From contig CALLPU010000278.1 in NCBI GenBank assembly GCA_938016235.1, positions 1 to 35,133 on the forward strand: a DNA stretch of 35,133 nt. The letters are read 5' to 3'. Origin of the DNA: an uncultured Granulosicoccus sp. (GTDB lineage: Bacteria; Pseudomonadota; Gammaproteobacteria; Granulosicoccales; Granulosicoccaceae). The notes beneath the pieces are model-generated. The model saw only the letters and a list, made by a program, of their open reading frames with translations, was not told the origin of the DNA and searched no databases. Below, in pieces: positions 27,654-35,133 of this stretch (its first letter is position 1; each line of letters starts with the position of its first letter). The translations under genes were made by a program, and so were the position numbers.

Positions 27654-28862
27654 TCAGGTGTCGGATGAGCTTTCCGGCATGCCAATGGCGACACCGGTAA
27701 AGGTTTGATTGATGTGCATGGAATTGAACTGCTCGCCGTAGGTATTGAAGCCGATGAAGTGCTTTTCCTGGTATAACGCGGCAATTCGATGCGTAGTCTG
27801 TCGGTGGCGGGCATCCAGCTTGCGGTAGATACAGTCAAACCCGAACATGACGTCGATGGCACCGATTTCATCTTCCAGTTCTTCAATGGCCTGGCGGGAG
27901 GATGCCACCATGCCTTCCGAGCGGGCTACCGTCAGCACCAGCCCGGTATCAATCGCGCAGAAAAACGTCAGGGATTGATCGTCGTTCAGTTTCTGTATTG
28001 AGCGGCTGTAGTGTCTGCCACCAAAGCGCACGATCACCGAGTAGGACGCGAAGCTGCCGGCATCCAGATCCTTGGGATCCATACCAATCGCGGCTGCGTA
28101 GGCGACAGCTGCCGGTTCGGCGTTGAACTCACTGACACGGCGAAAATCGGGATCTGCTTCGGTCACCACCAGCTTGTGCTCCGTGGGTACAAAGTTATTA
28201 TTCGTAAAAACCTGGCAGGGTAGATGACATCGAATCAAACTGAGTACAGCTCCGCCGGTAAGCACCTGCCCGTTAGTTACCTGCCAGGTGGCCTTGAATT
28301 GCCCGTCGTCGCCGGCTGATCCGCCGATGAGCGGGATGCCGTTGAGCCCTCGATCAATGGCCAGCGTGACGGTTTCCTCCGAGTAGGACAAGCCATCAAT
28401 GAGATTCAAGCCAAACATGCCAGACTTGTCGTCAGGATCGCCGAGGCCTGCGAGAAACTGGTTGCGGGCGTCAGCGGTACGGCGCGCAACCGTTTCCATT
28501 CCCAGACTGGCCACGTTTTCCATGACGGTGATGTGCACATCAAACCAGCGCGCTGGGAGCAGAACCGCAATAAAGCCGTGGTCCTGCATACCATCGGGAG
28601 TGACCTCTCCACACGTTGAGCAGCCGCTGAACCGAAGCGCAGGCGCTTTCTCACTCATGCCCGTTATCAGCTCTGCCGAGCTGTGCCGCGTAGCGGAATA
28701 CCAGATGATGGCCAGCGAATACGCGGTGCTCTCAGACTCTGCTGCCAGCTGCTGGCACAGCGTGTCTGTGTCTGCAGTCTCGCTCCAAAGTACCATCACT
28801 CCGCTGGCATAGCGTGTTCGGGAGACTGGATTATGTGTACTTGCGTTCACTGGATTCCGCAC
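27654..28862 (-). CDS. FIST-domain sensor protein (NosP/GfdT-like)
   Basis: GCSTCGE, LIDGLS..EE, IGGSAGD, EFNAEPAA..YA, FFCAIDTG, FDCIYR and GFNTYGEQFNSMHINQT. It lies directly upstream of the kinase. Confidence 0.9.
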   Translation of the reverse strand: MRNPVNASTHNPVSRTRYASGVMVLWSETADTDTLCQQLAAESESTAYSLAIIWYSATRHSSAELITGMSEKAPALRFSGCSTCGEVTPDGMQDHGFIAVLLPARWFDVHITVMENVASLGMETVARRTADARNQFLAGLGDPDDKSGMFGLNLIDGLSYSEETVTLAIDRGLNGIPLIGGSAGDDGQFKATWQVTNGQVLTGGAVLSLIRCHLPCQVFTNNNFVPTEHKLVVTEADPDFRRVSEFNAEPAAVAYAAAIGMDPKDLDAGSFASYSVIVRFGGRHYSRSIQKLNDDQSLTFFCAIDTGLVLTVARSEGMVASSRQAIEELEDEIGAIDVMFGFDCIYRKLDARHRQTTHRIAALYQEKHFIGFNTYGEQFNSMHINQTFTGVAIGMPESSSDT

Positions 28863-28971
28863 ACTTCAATGACAACTCAGAACCACTGAGTGTGTCATAA
28901 AGTCGACTCGGTGGTGTAGCCTGCTCTGCCTCTGGTACTCTGCACTGACCATTTGAAATGCGAGTAAAACC

Positions 28972-29328
28972 ATGACTGGACCTGCTGTTACACCGGTGAG
29001 CCAACAGGCGTTGGATCGGCCAGACGAGTTATTGGCAGGTATCGGTTCGTCGGCTTGGCAGGCTTACAATGCAATGGAGACAACTAAACGGCGACACTTT
29101 GATTTTCTGGAAGTACTGGATAACAAGAAGAAAAATTACAACATCGACCCTACTGAGAACGACAAGCGACTGTTGGAGTGTTTGCTTCAGGATCACGACG
29201 AACAGGTGAAGCGCTTCACGAAAGCGAGCCTGGCGCTGAAAGATTCGGATATCAATGCGCACACTGCGTTGTTCGAGTACATCGGTGGAATCAATCACGC
29301 CTCCGAGGAGCACCGCGTCACCCATTAG
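28972..29328 (+). CDS. Hypothetical small helical protein
   Basis: A 118-aa ORF with protein-like composition that fills the gap between two minus-strand genes. No family recognised. Confidence 0.65.
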   Translation: MTGPAVTPVSQQALDRPDELLAGIGSSAWQAYNAMETTKRRHFDFLEVLDNKKKNYNIDPTENDKRLLECLLQDHDEQVKRFTKASLALKDSDINAHTALFEYIGGINHASEEHRVTH

Positions 29329-29440
29329 GCCAATCCGTATCTGTGATTACTCGGTTCTGACGGGCAGGGTGGTGAGCGCTATAGTGCATAACGCTGTTTG
29401 CCGGCTGCTGTCTACTCCGCGAGACGCCTGACACGGTGTA

Positions 29441-30544
29441 CTAGTTCAAGCGCCTGAGTTCTATTCTCCGATTGGCGCGGCGACCCGCTGCAACCGCATT
29501 ATCGAATGCTGGAGAGGTTTCTCCATAGCCACGCGCGTTTAGCTGGTTCGGCCCCACACCTCGCAGCATCATATAGTGCCTGACTGCATCGGCACGATTT
29601 TCAGACAGGCGCTGGTTGGTGGCAACACGTCCGCCGTTGTCCGTATGCGAGCTGACTTCAAACAGCTGATCAGGCACGCGCTGCAGGGCAATGGCGACGC
29701 GGTCCAGTACATCTCTCGATGCCACATCCAGATAGCTCTGTCCGCTTTGAAACTGAACGCCTGCCAGCGTAATAACCGACGCATTGTTGCAGCCAAGATC
29801 ATCATCGGATGACGGTGCAGTGCGGCCAGCACTGGTGGCAGCATCAGTGGATTCAGGCAGACAGATATCCCGGTAATCCGGTACGCCGTCGTGGTCTACG
29901 TCCGGTGCGCAGTCATCGGTTTGCAAGTCTGCTGTCTCGCAGGCATCTGCTGCCTCAGCATCTGGCAACGTCAATTGAAACGTCACAGACAGCTGTCGGA
30001 TCGGGCCTGCGCTTTGCGCGTAGCTCAGCGTGTTTCCGCTGGTTTGCCATCGCCCGATTGTCTCTGAGTCGGTGTTGGGTGGTGGCTCGTCGGTAAAAGC
30101 CAGCAGCGTTGCGTTGTCAGGCAGAAGCCAGGTTATCGTTGTACTCATTTCGCTGGCATCCTCTGCATCCAGCGTGGTGCCGGGAGGCATGGCTTGCCAT
30201 TGAAACGTGTTGTCATCGAGTTGCTGCATGCCTTTGCCGGTCGAGTGTCGGTAGCGGGTCAGTGCCATCCCGGACCACACGGCAATTCGGTTCGGGTTTT
30301 GTGCGTGAGCGGTGGCAAAGGTCTGTTTTTCAGGACCGGTGAACTGGGCCAGTAGCGATACGCGCTCATCTGGCATCTGCAGGACCAGCAGGGATTCGTC
30401 GGTGCTCAGTGTGTGTTGCGCGGTGTAGCTCTGCCCGTCCGGGCCGATGATCAGCAGAAGATCAGTCTGGGTATCAGCCTGAGCTGAACTGACCAGCCCT
30501 GTCAGGCTGCACAAGACCGTGAACCAGGGAAAACGCGATGTCAT
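29441..30544 (-). CDS. OmpA-family peptidoglycan-binding protein with TSP3-like Ca-binding loop
   Basis: Signal peptide from ATG 30544, DVDHDGVPDYRDIC, and OmpA_C motifs HTDN / NQRLSENRA..V / GYGE / NRRIE. Confidence 0.85.
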   Translation of the reverse strand: MTSRFPWFTVLCSLTGLVSSAQADTQTDLLLIIGPDGQSYTAQHTLSTDESLLVLQMPDERVSLLAQFTGPEKQTFATAHAQNPNRIAVWSGMALTRYRHSTGKGMQQLDDNTFQWQAMPPGTTLDAEDASEMSTTITWLLPDNATLLAFTDEPPPNTDSETIGRWQTSGNTLSYAQSAGPIRQLSVTFQLTLPDAEAADACETADLQTDDCAPDVDHDGVPDYRDICLPESTDAATSAGRTAPSSDDDLGCNNASVITLAGVQFQSGQSYLDVASRDVLDRVAIALQRVPDQLFEVSSHTDNGGRVATNQRLSENRADAVRHYMMLRGVGPNQLNARGYGETSPAFDNAVAAGRRANRRIELRRLN

Positions 30545-30751
30545 GGAGCGGTGGTGATGCATGCAATACGATAGATGCTGGGCCGAATGTGGGGAAGTGG
30601 TAGCGATCTGCGCTGTGTGATGCTCGCGACAGACTCTTCGCGTACCGGTGTATGAGGGAATAGTGGGAGGCAAGGGCGTCGAGCTTGTTACAATTGACGG
30701 CGTCAAGACGTGTCGCGTTGGCACAGTTGTTTAAGAATAGACCACTTTCGT

Positions 30752-31753
30752 ATGTCGAAACAAACCTGGCTGACTGGGATAACCACCTCGGGTACTCCCC
30801 ATCTCGGCAACTATGTCGGTGCCATCCGGCCGGCGGTAGAGGCGAGCCGAAATGCCGAGCATGAGGGCTTCTATTTTCTGGCTGACTATCACGCCATGAT
30901 CAAGAATCAGGATCCTGGCCTGTTGCGACAATCCCGACAGGAGATTTCCGCAGCCTGGATTGCGCTGGGTCTGGATACGGATCATGCCACTTTCTACCGG
31001 CAGTCCGATATTCCTGAAATCATGGAACTGACCTGGATGTTGACCTGCCTGACAGCCAAGGGCCTGATGAACCGAGCGCATGCGTACAAGGCGGTAGTGC
31101 AGGAGAACGTGGTCAGTGAGGCGGCAGATCCCGACAAGGGCATCACCATGGGGCTTTTCAGCTACCCCATTCTGATGTCGGCAGACATCCTCATGTTCAA
31201 GGCCACCCACGTACCGGTAGGGCGTGACCAGATTCAGCATCTGGAAATGGCGCGAGATATCGCCCAGCGATTTAATCACCACTATGGCGACCTGTTTGTC
31301 TTGCCGCAGGTGGTGGTAGAGGAGCGGGCTTCAGTGTTAGCCGGATTAGATGGTCGGAAAATGAGCAAGAGCTACGGCAACACCATACCGTTGTTCGACA
31401 CGGCCAAAAAATTGCGCAAGTCGATCATGAAGATCAAAACCAATTCTCAGGAACCGGGAGAACCGAAAGATCCCGACGGCAATACTGTCTTTGAAATCTA
31501 TCGGGCCTTTGCAACCGATGAACAGACTGCGCAGATGCGTGATGCGTTTGCGGCGGGTATCGGTTGGGGAGATGCCAAACAGCGGCTGTTCGAGCTGGTT
31601 GATGCCGTGTTGAGTGAACCTCGTGAGCGCTACAACGAACTGATGGCAGATCCAGCCCAGGTGGATACCATACTGGCGCACGGTGCGGAAAAAGCCCGGG
31701 AAACCAGCCGTCCCTACCTGCAGCAGTTGCGTGAGGCGGTGGGCATCGCATGA
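30752..31753 (+). CDS. trpS: Tryptophanyl-tRNA synthetase
   Basis: [14 protein letters not shown] (HIGH-like), [20 protein letters not shown] and KMSKS. Confidence 0.96.
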   Translation: MSKQTWLTGITTSGTPHLGNYVGAIRPAVEASRNAEHEGFYFLADYHAMIKNQDPGLLRQSRQEISAAWIALGLDTDHATFYRQSDIPEIMELTWMLTCLTAKGLMNRAHAYKAVVQENVVSEAADPDKGITMGLFSYPILMSADILMFKATHVPVGRDQIQHLEMARDIAQRFNHHYGDLFVLPQVVVEERASVLAGLDGRKMSKSYGNTIPLFDTAKKLRKSIMKIKTNSQEPGEPKDPDGNTVFEIYRAFATDEQTAQMRDAFAAGIGWGDAKQRLFELVDAVLSEPRERYNELMADPAQVDTILAHGAEKARETSRPYLQQLREAVGIA

Positions 31754-32763
31754 ACCCCGTACTCGTCAACCGCTGGCGTGGCAACGCCATAGAAAGCCGG
31801 CATCGAGGTGCAGTGGCGGTGGTGGAATCATCCGGTCGGGTGTACGCCGCTCTGGGCGATGTGCAGCGCGCCGTGTTTCCACGCTCGGCCATCAAGTTTC
31901 TGCAAGCCATCCCGTTTGTGGAATCCGGTGCTGTTGATGCGTACTCGCTGGATGACAGGCATATCGCGTTGAGTTGTGCCTCTCACAACGGTGAGCCCAT
32001 ACACGCAGGCCTGGCACAGGACTGGCTGGAGCGTATCGGTTGCACGCACGATCACCTGGAATGTGGTGCAGAGTTACCACTGCATCAGGCCACGCAGTTT
32101 GAGTTGATGTCTGAAGGGCGCGGGCCGCAGCGATTGCACCATAACTGTTCGGGTAAACATCTGGGTTTCCTGTCCACATGCCAGCAACTGGGCGAGCAGT
32201 TCAACAACTACCGTTTGTACAATCACGCCGCGCAGCAACGCTGGTTTGATGTGCTTGAGAAGCTCAGCAATACCCGGGTATCGCAACTGCCTTGGGGTTA
32301 TGACGGATGTGCAATACCGACGCTTGCCATTCCTTTGCAGCGGGTAGCACTGGCCATGGCGCGTTTTGGCGATACGTCTTACTTTACTGGTGAGCGACGC
32401 ACGGCTGTTGAGCGCATTCATGCAGCGGTTACCAGCAACCCTTATATGGTAGCGGGCAAGGAACGCTTGTGTACGGCGTTGATGGAAAGGTTGGCACCGC
32501 AAATATTAATCAAGGTGGGTGCGGACGGCGTGTATACCGCCGTTGTTCCTGAACACAAACTCGGTGTTGCACTAAAGATAGATGATGGCAGTGATGCCGC
32601 GGCGCGAGTAGCACTGGGGGCCGTGTTGCAGTCTTTGGGAGTCGTGCCATCCAGTGACGCCAAGTCGCTGGGTGAATACCTGCGGCCGTCCATCAATAAT
32701 TCGCGCGGTGAAACGATTGGGCGAGTGGAGCCGTCTTCCGATTGGGAGACGCTGCCTGCCTGA
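31750..32763 (+). CDS. Rhizobium-type (class 3) L-asparaginase, Asparaginase_II family
   Basis: RSAIK, ASHNGE, NCSGKH, DGC, KVGADG and KIDDG. ATGA overlap with trpS. Confidence 0.88.
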   Translation: MNPVLVNRWRGNAIESRHRGAVAVVESSGRVYAALGDVQRAVFPRSAIKFLQAIPFVESGAVDAYSLDDRHIALSCASHNGEPIHAGLAQDWLERIGCTHDHLECGAELPLHQATQFELMSEGRGPQRLHHNCSGKHLGFLSTCQQLGEQFNNYRLYNHAAQQRWFDVLEKLSNTRVSQLPWGYDGCAIPTLAIPLQRVALAMARFGDTSYFTGERRTAVERIHAAVTSNPYMVAGKERLCTALMERLAPQILIKVGADGVYTAVVPEHKLGVALKIDDGSDAAARVALGAVLQSLGVVPSSDAKSLGEYLRPSINNSRGETIGRVEPSSDWETLPA

Positions 32764-32794
32764 ACCGCGACTATTGAAGTGCGTTAGTGGTCAA

Positions 32795-34291
32795 TCACTG
32801 CGCGGCGAGGGGAGTCTCCTCGCAACTGAGTAAAGACTGATAGTCGCTCTTCTCTTGCTCGCTACCGTATTGGGCCAGCTGCTGTTTCAGAATGGCCAGG
32901 TGTCTCATGCGGAGCAACTTCTGGTATTGCGTGGCTTCGCGCTCAAGTTGCAATAGCGTATCGTCCAGCGCGTAGTCCTGGTCCTGTATGGCTTTCAGGT
33001 CGTTGTAGATTGGATTCTGTGCAAGCTCGTTGGATATGGCAAGCAATTGTCCGCTGCCGGCAAGGTCGTGGTAAGCGCCCGTATAGGGACCGAGCAAGGC
33101 AGGCCATTGATCCACCAGCGCTGTTTGCAGTTGTCTTTGTAGAGGCAGTGCCTGATCTCTCAGGTTGTAGCGTTGCTGCGATGCATCCTCGATGCTGCTG
33201 TCAACGGCTGCCAGTTTCTGACGGATGTCAGTGACGATGCTATCGGTCAGCTCAACATCATGACGGCTTGCCAGATCCCTGAAGATGCGCGAGTACTCGT
33301 TGTTAGGCAGATTCTTCTGTTCCGGAAGCCACCGCAGGTACCAGGGCTGCCACCGTGCCAGGTAGTCTTCACTCGTGGATCTTGAAAGATCCGTGCTGAA
33401 CGCCTCTTCCAGCGTGAACAGGTGAGCCTCGCGCAGGCTGGTTACGCCGTCCTCATTCAGATCCGGATCGTGGCTGATGATGTCACCGTTGCGCTCATAA
33501 CCTGACAGTGCTGAGAAAAAGTAGGTGGTGTAGTCCCGGTAGTCATCGGTTTCGATACTGGCACTGCAACCTTCGGAGAGGCGATACGCTGATTCTGCCG
33601 TGAAGCCGCAACGCGGACTGTCGGCAAGCTCAAGCCCGCTGGACGGGTTGTCATAGGCAAGACGATGAAATCCGCCGGAATAGCATTGTGTAAACACGAA
33701 CTTGAACGGTGCCTGTCTGGGCTTGATCAGCGTGTGCAGTTCATTGGCTGTGAGGTGTGTGTTATCCCACAAGTTCAATGTGACGTGATCGGGTGTACTG
33801 TACGACTGGCTGCCATGACCGTTGTAGACCATCAGCAAAGTCTGATCGGCGGTGTCATCAATCAGCTGGCGCAGTGAAGGTTCCAGATCTTCCCGACGTG
33901 TGCTGCCGGCAACATTCGCAACCGTGTGTTCCCGGTAGCGACGGGTTTCCAACACCCAGTCGCCGAAGACTCTGGCCAACGGCTCCACAGCGGATTTGCG
34001 TTGATCGGCCGACAGGTTGTAATGCACATCGACCCCCGCCTCATCGCCATCGGTGAAAAAGGTGTGCACGCTGGCGGTTTGCTGCTCCAGTATTCCCTGC
34101 ACCCATTTCACATTCAGTTCAATCTGGCCTTGTGAACCATGAATATCGTAGCCGCCGCCAATCATGACGGCAGTGGTCTCTGAAGCCTGTGTGACCACAG
34201 GCACGGATAGCGCTCCCACAACGACTACCAGAGCAGCGGTGACGCATTTGCTAGTAGCCGCCAAGTGGGAAAAGCGGTTGGTTGATGTCAT
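32795..34291 (-). CDS. Secreted caspase/legumain-like (clan CD) peptidase-domain protein with C-terminal coiled coil
   Basis: Signal-like N-terminus, LLMVYNGHGS and FVFTQCYSGGF (His-Cys dyad pattern), EF-hand-like DLNEDGVTSLRE and a helical C-terminus. Confidence 0.65.
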   Translation of the reverse strand: MTSTNRFSHLAATSKCVTAALVVVVGALSVPVVTQASETTAVMIGGGYDIHGSQGQIELNVKWVQGILEQQTASVHTFFTDGDEAGVDVHYNLSADQRKSAVEPLARVFGDWVLETRRYREHTVANVAGSTRREDLEPSLRQLIDDTADQTLLMVYNGHGSQSYSTPDHVTLNLWDNTHLTANELHTLIKPRQAPFKFVFTQCYSGGFHRLAYDNPSSGLELADSPRCGFTAESAYRLSEGCSASIETDDYRDYTTYFFSALSGYERNGDIISHDPDLNEDGVTSLREAHLFTLEEAFSTDLSRSTSEDYLARWQPWYLRWLPEQKNLPNNEYSRIFRDLASRHDVELTDSIVTDIRQKLAAVDSSIEDASQQRYNLRDQALPLQRQLQTALVDQWPALLGPYTGAYHDLAGSGQLLAISNELAQNPIYNDLKAIQDQDYALDDTLLQLEREATQYQKLLRMRHLAILKQQLAQYGSEQEKSDYQSLLSCEETPLAAQ

Positions 34292-34731
34292 CGCAAACGC
34301 CCTCTACGACTGTTGCCTGCAACAACATCGGCGAGTCGATAGACCACAGCCAGAAGCAACCCGGTCAGAACCAGCGACGGCAGCGCGGTTTCAGGTTGTT
34401 TATAGAAAAAAGAGGCTATCGCAGCACCTGCCAATGGCAACAGAATGCCACCAAATATCCAGGTAACGCGATACCGGGACAGCAGGGTATGATCTATCAC
34501 CGCGATGAATCCGAGCGGCACAGCCACGATGGCGCTGTTGATATAGCCGTGTAGAAACTGGTTGACAATGTCGCGCTTGGGAATCAGGTTCCACGCATCG
34601 AGTTGCCAGGCTTGTCCGGAAAAATAAGCGAACAGTGTGGTGGCAACAACGAAGGTTGGCCATACCAGCAGGCTGATCAATATCCAGAGTAAGAACAAGT
34701 ACAGCAGGTTAGTTCTGCGTTTGGCAATCAT
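34288..34731 (-). CDS. Hypothetical membrane protein (about 4 TM)
   Basis: Hydrophobic helices and an ATGA overlap with the downstream peptidase-like gene. Confidence 0.7.
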   Translation of the reverse strand: MIAKRRTNLLYLFLLWILISLLVWPTFVVATTLFAYFSGQAWQLDAWNLIPKRDIVNQFLHGYINSAIVAVPLGFIAVIDHTLLSRYRVTWIFGGILLPLAGAAIASFFYKQPETALPSLVLTGLLLAVVYRLADVVAGNSRRGRLR

Positions 34732-34841
34732 GGCATTGGCTTACGAAGTGTATTCGGTGACGCTCCCGGCAAGAGCGCTTGTGCAACGGTTGACCGTTTG
34801 ACGGCACAGTGTGATCGATGGCATCCAGGCTCTGGGCATGA

Positions 34842-35133
34842 TCACTCTACCTGTTCCAGTGTATCGCTACGTTTCGTCACGATAAAAGAACCGATAACCA
34901 GGTAATCCAGGCCTGTTGAAAAAAAGCAGCGAATGGCATCGCGAGGAGACTCCACAACAGGCTCTCCCTGAATGTTGAAACTGGTATTCAGCACAACCGG
35001 GACTCCCGTGCGGTCACCCAGGTCACTGATCAGCGCATGGTACAGAGGATTGGTTTCACCACGCACGGTTTGCAGCCGTGCGCTACCATCCACATGCGTG
35101 ATGGCTGGCATCAGCGCTTGTTTGTTTTCACGT
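34842..35133 (-). CDS. Carbamoyltransferase (NodU/CmcH family), C-terminal fragment running off the window
   Basis: [40 protein letters not shown] and LDYLVIG. The frame is open to the window edge. Confidence 0.92.
   Translation of the reverse strand, partial: RENKQALMPAITHVDGSARLQTVRGETNPLYHALISDLGDRTGVPVVLNTSFNIQGEPVVESPRDAIRCFFSTGLDYLVIGSFIVTKRSDTLEQVE

Noticed and set aside
28782-28793. GCTCCAAAGTAC, similar to the regulon box
   Set aside because: It lies within the FIST coding sequence and has no -10 hexamer 25-26 nt away on either strand.
30545-30751. Upstream extensions of the OmpA and trpS ORFs (also 15718, 19971, 20424, 11006 and 10050 starts)
   Set aside because: Downstream starts give proper signal peptides, family N-termini or stop/start overlaps. 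The longer versions create implausible overlaps or cover promoter elements.
1-35133. CRISPR arrays, IS/integrase genes, tRNA/rRNA, lanmodulin-type EF-hand protein
   Set aside because: I saw no spaced direct repeats, transposase or integrase motifs, RNA-gene signatures or multi-EF-hand ORF by eye. A formal scan was not possible.

Overview
This window looks like a chromosome segment of an environmental gammaproteobacterium. Gene content suggests something Granulosicoccus-like, but that is a guess. Its core (about 7.6-28.9 kb) is a PQQ/lanthanide alcohol-oxidation island. The island holds a PedH/ExaF-type dehydrogenase with the lanthanide-diagnostic D-x-D motif, and its usual partners: PedF cytochrome c550, a PedG/XoxJ-like binding protein, a SoxYZ-like carrier and a metallo-hydrolase. 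It also holds PedBC/LutEF-type ABC genes, a PqqT-like ABC importer, and a FIST(NosP)/hybrid kinase/LuxR regulator trio. A seven-gene MoxR-DUF58-DUF4381-VWA-VWA-TPR-BatD chaperone cassette is translationally coupled behind a PQQ-associated CXXCW rhodanese fusion gene. No Ca-dependent pedE, pedS2R2 switch, pedA or pqq biosynthesis genes are visible. Four promoters in the island share a 12-bp box placed 25-26 nt upstream of a -10 hexamer. The left flank has a truncated deaD (apparently chimeric in the first ~64 bp), an EVE protein, a RedB-like/His-rich membrane chemoreceptor pair, an AraC-NmrA-DUF1772 module and a YHS protein. The right flank has an OmpA-family protein, trpS, a class-3 asparaginase, a secreted clan-CD peptidase-like protein and a partial carbamoyltransferase. 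I saw no rRNA, tRNA, CRISPR array or transposase. All family assignments come from motif recognition by eye, not from database searches.
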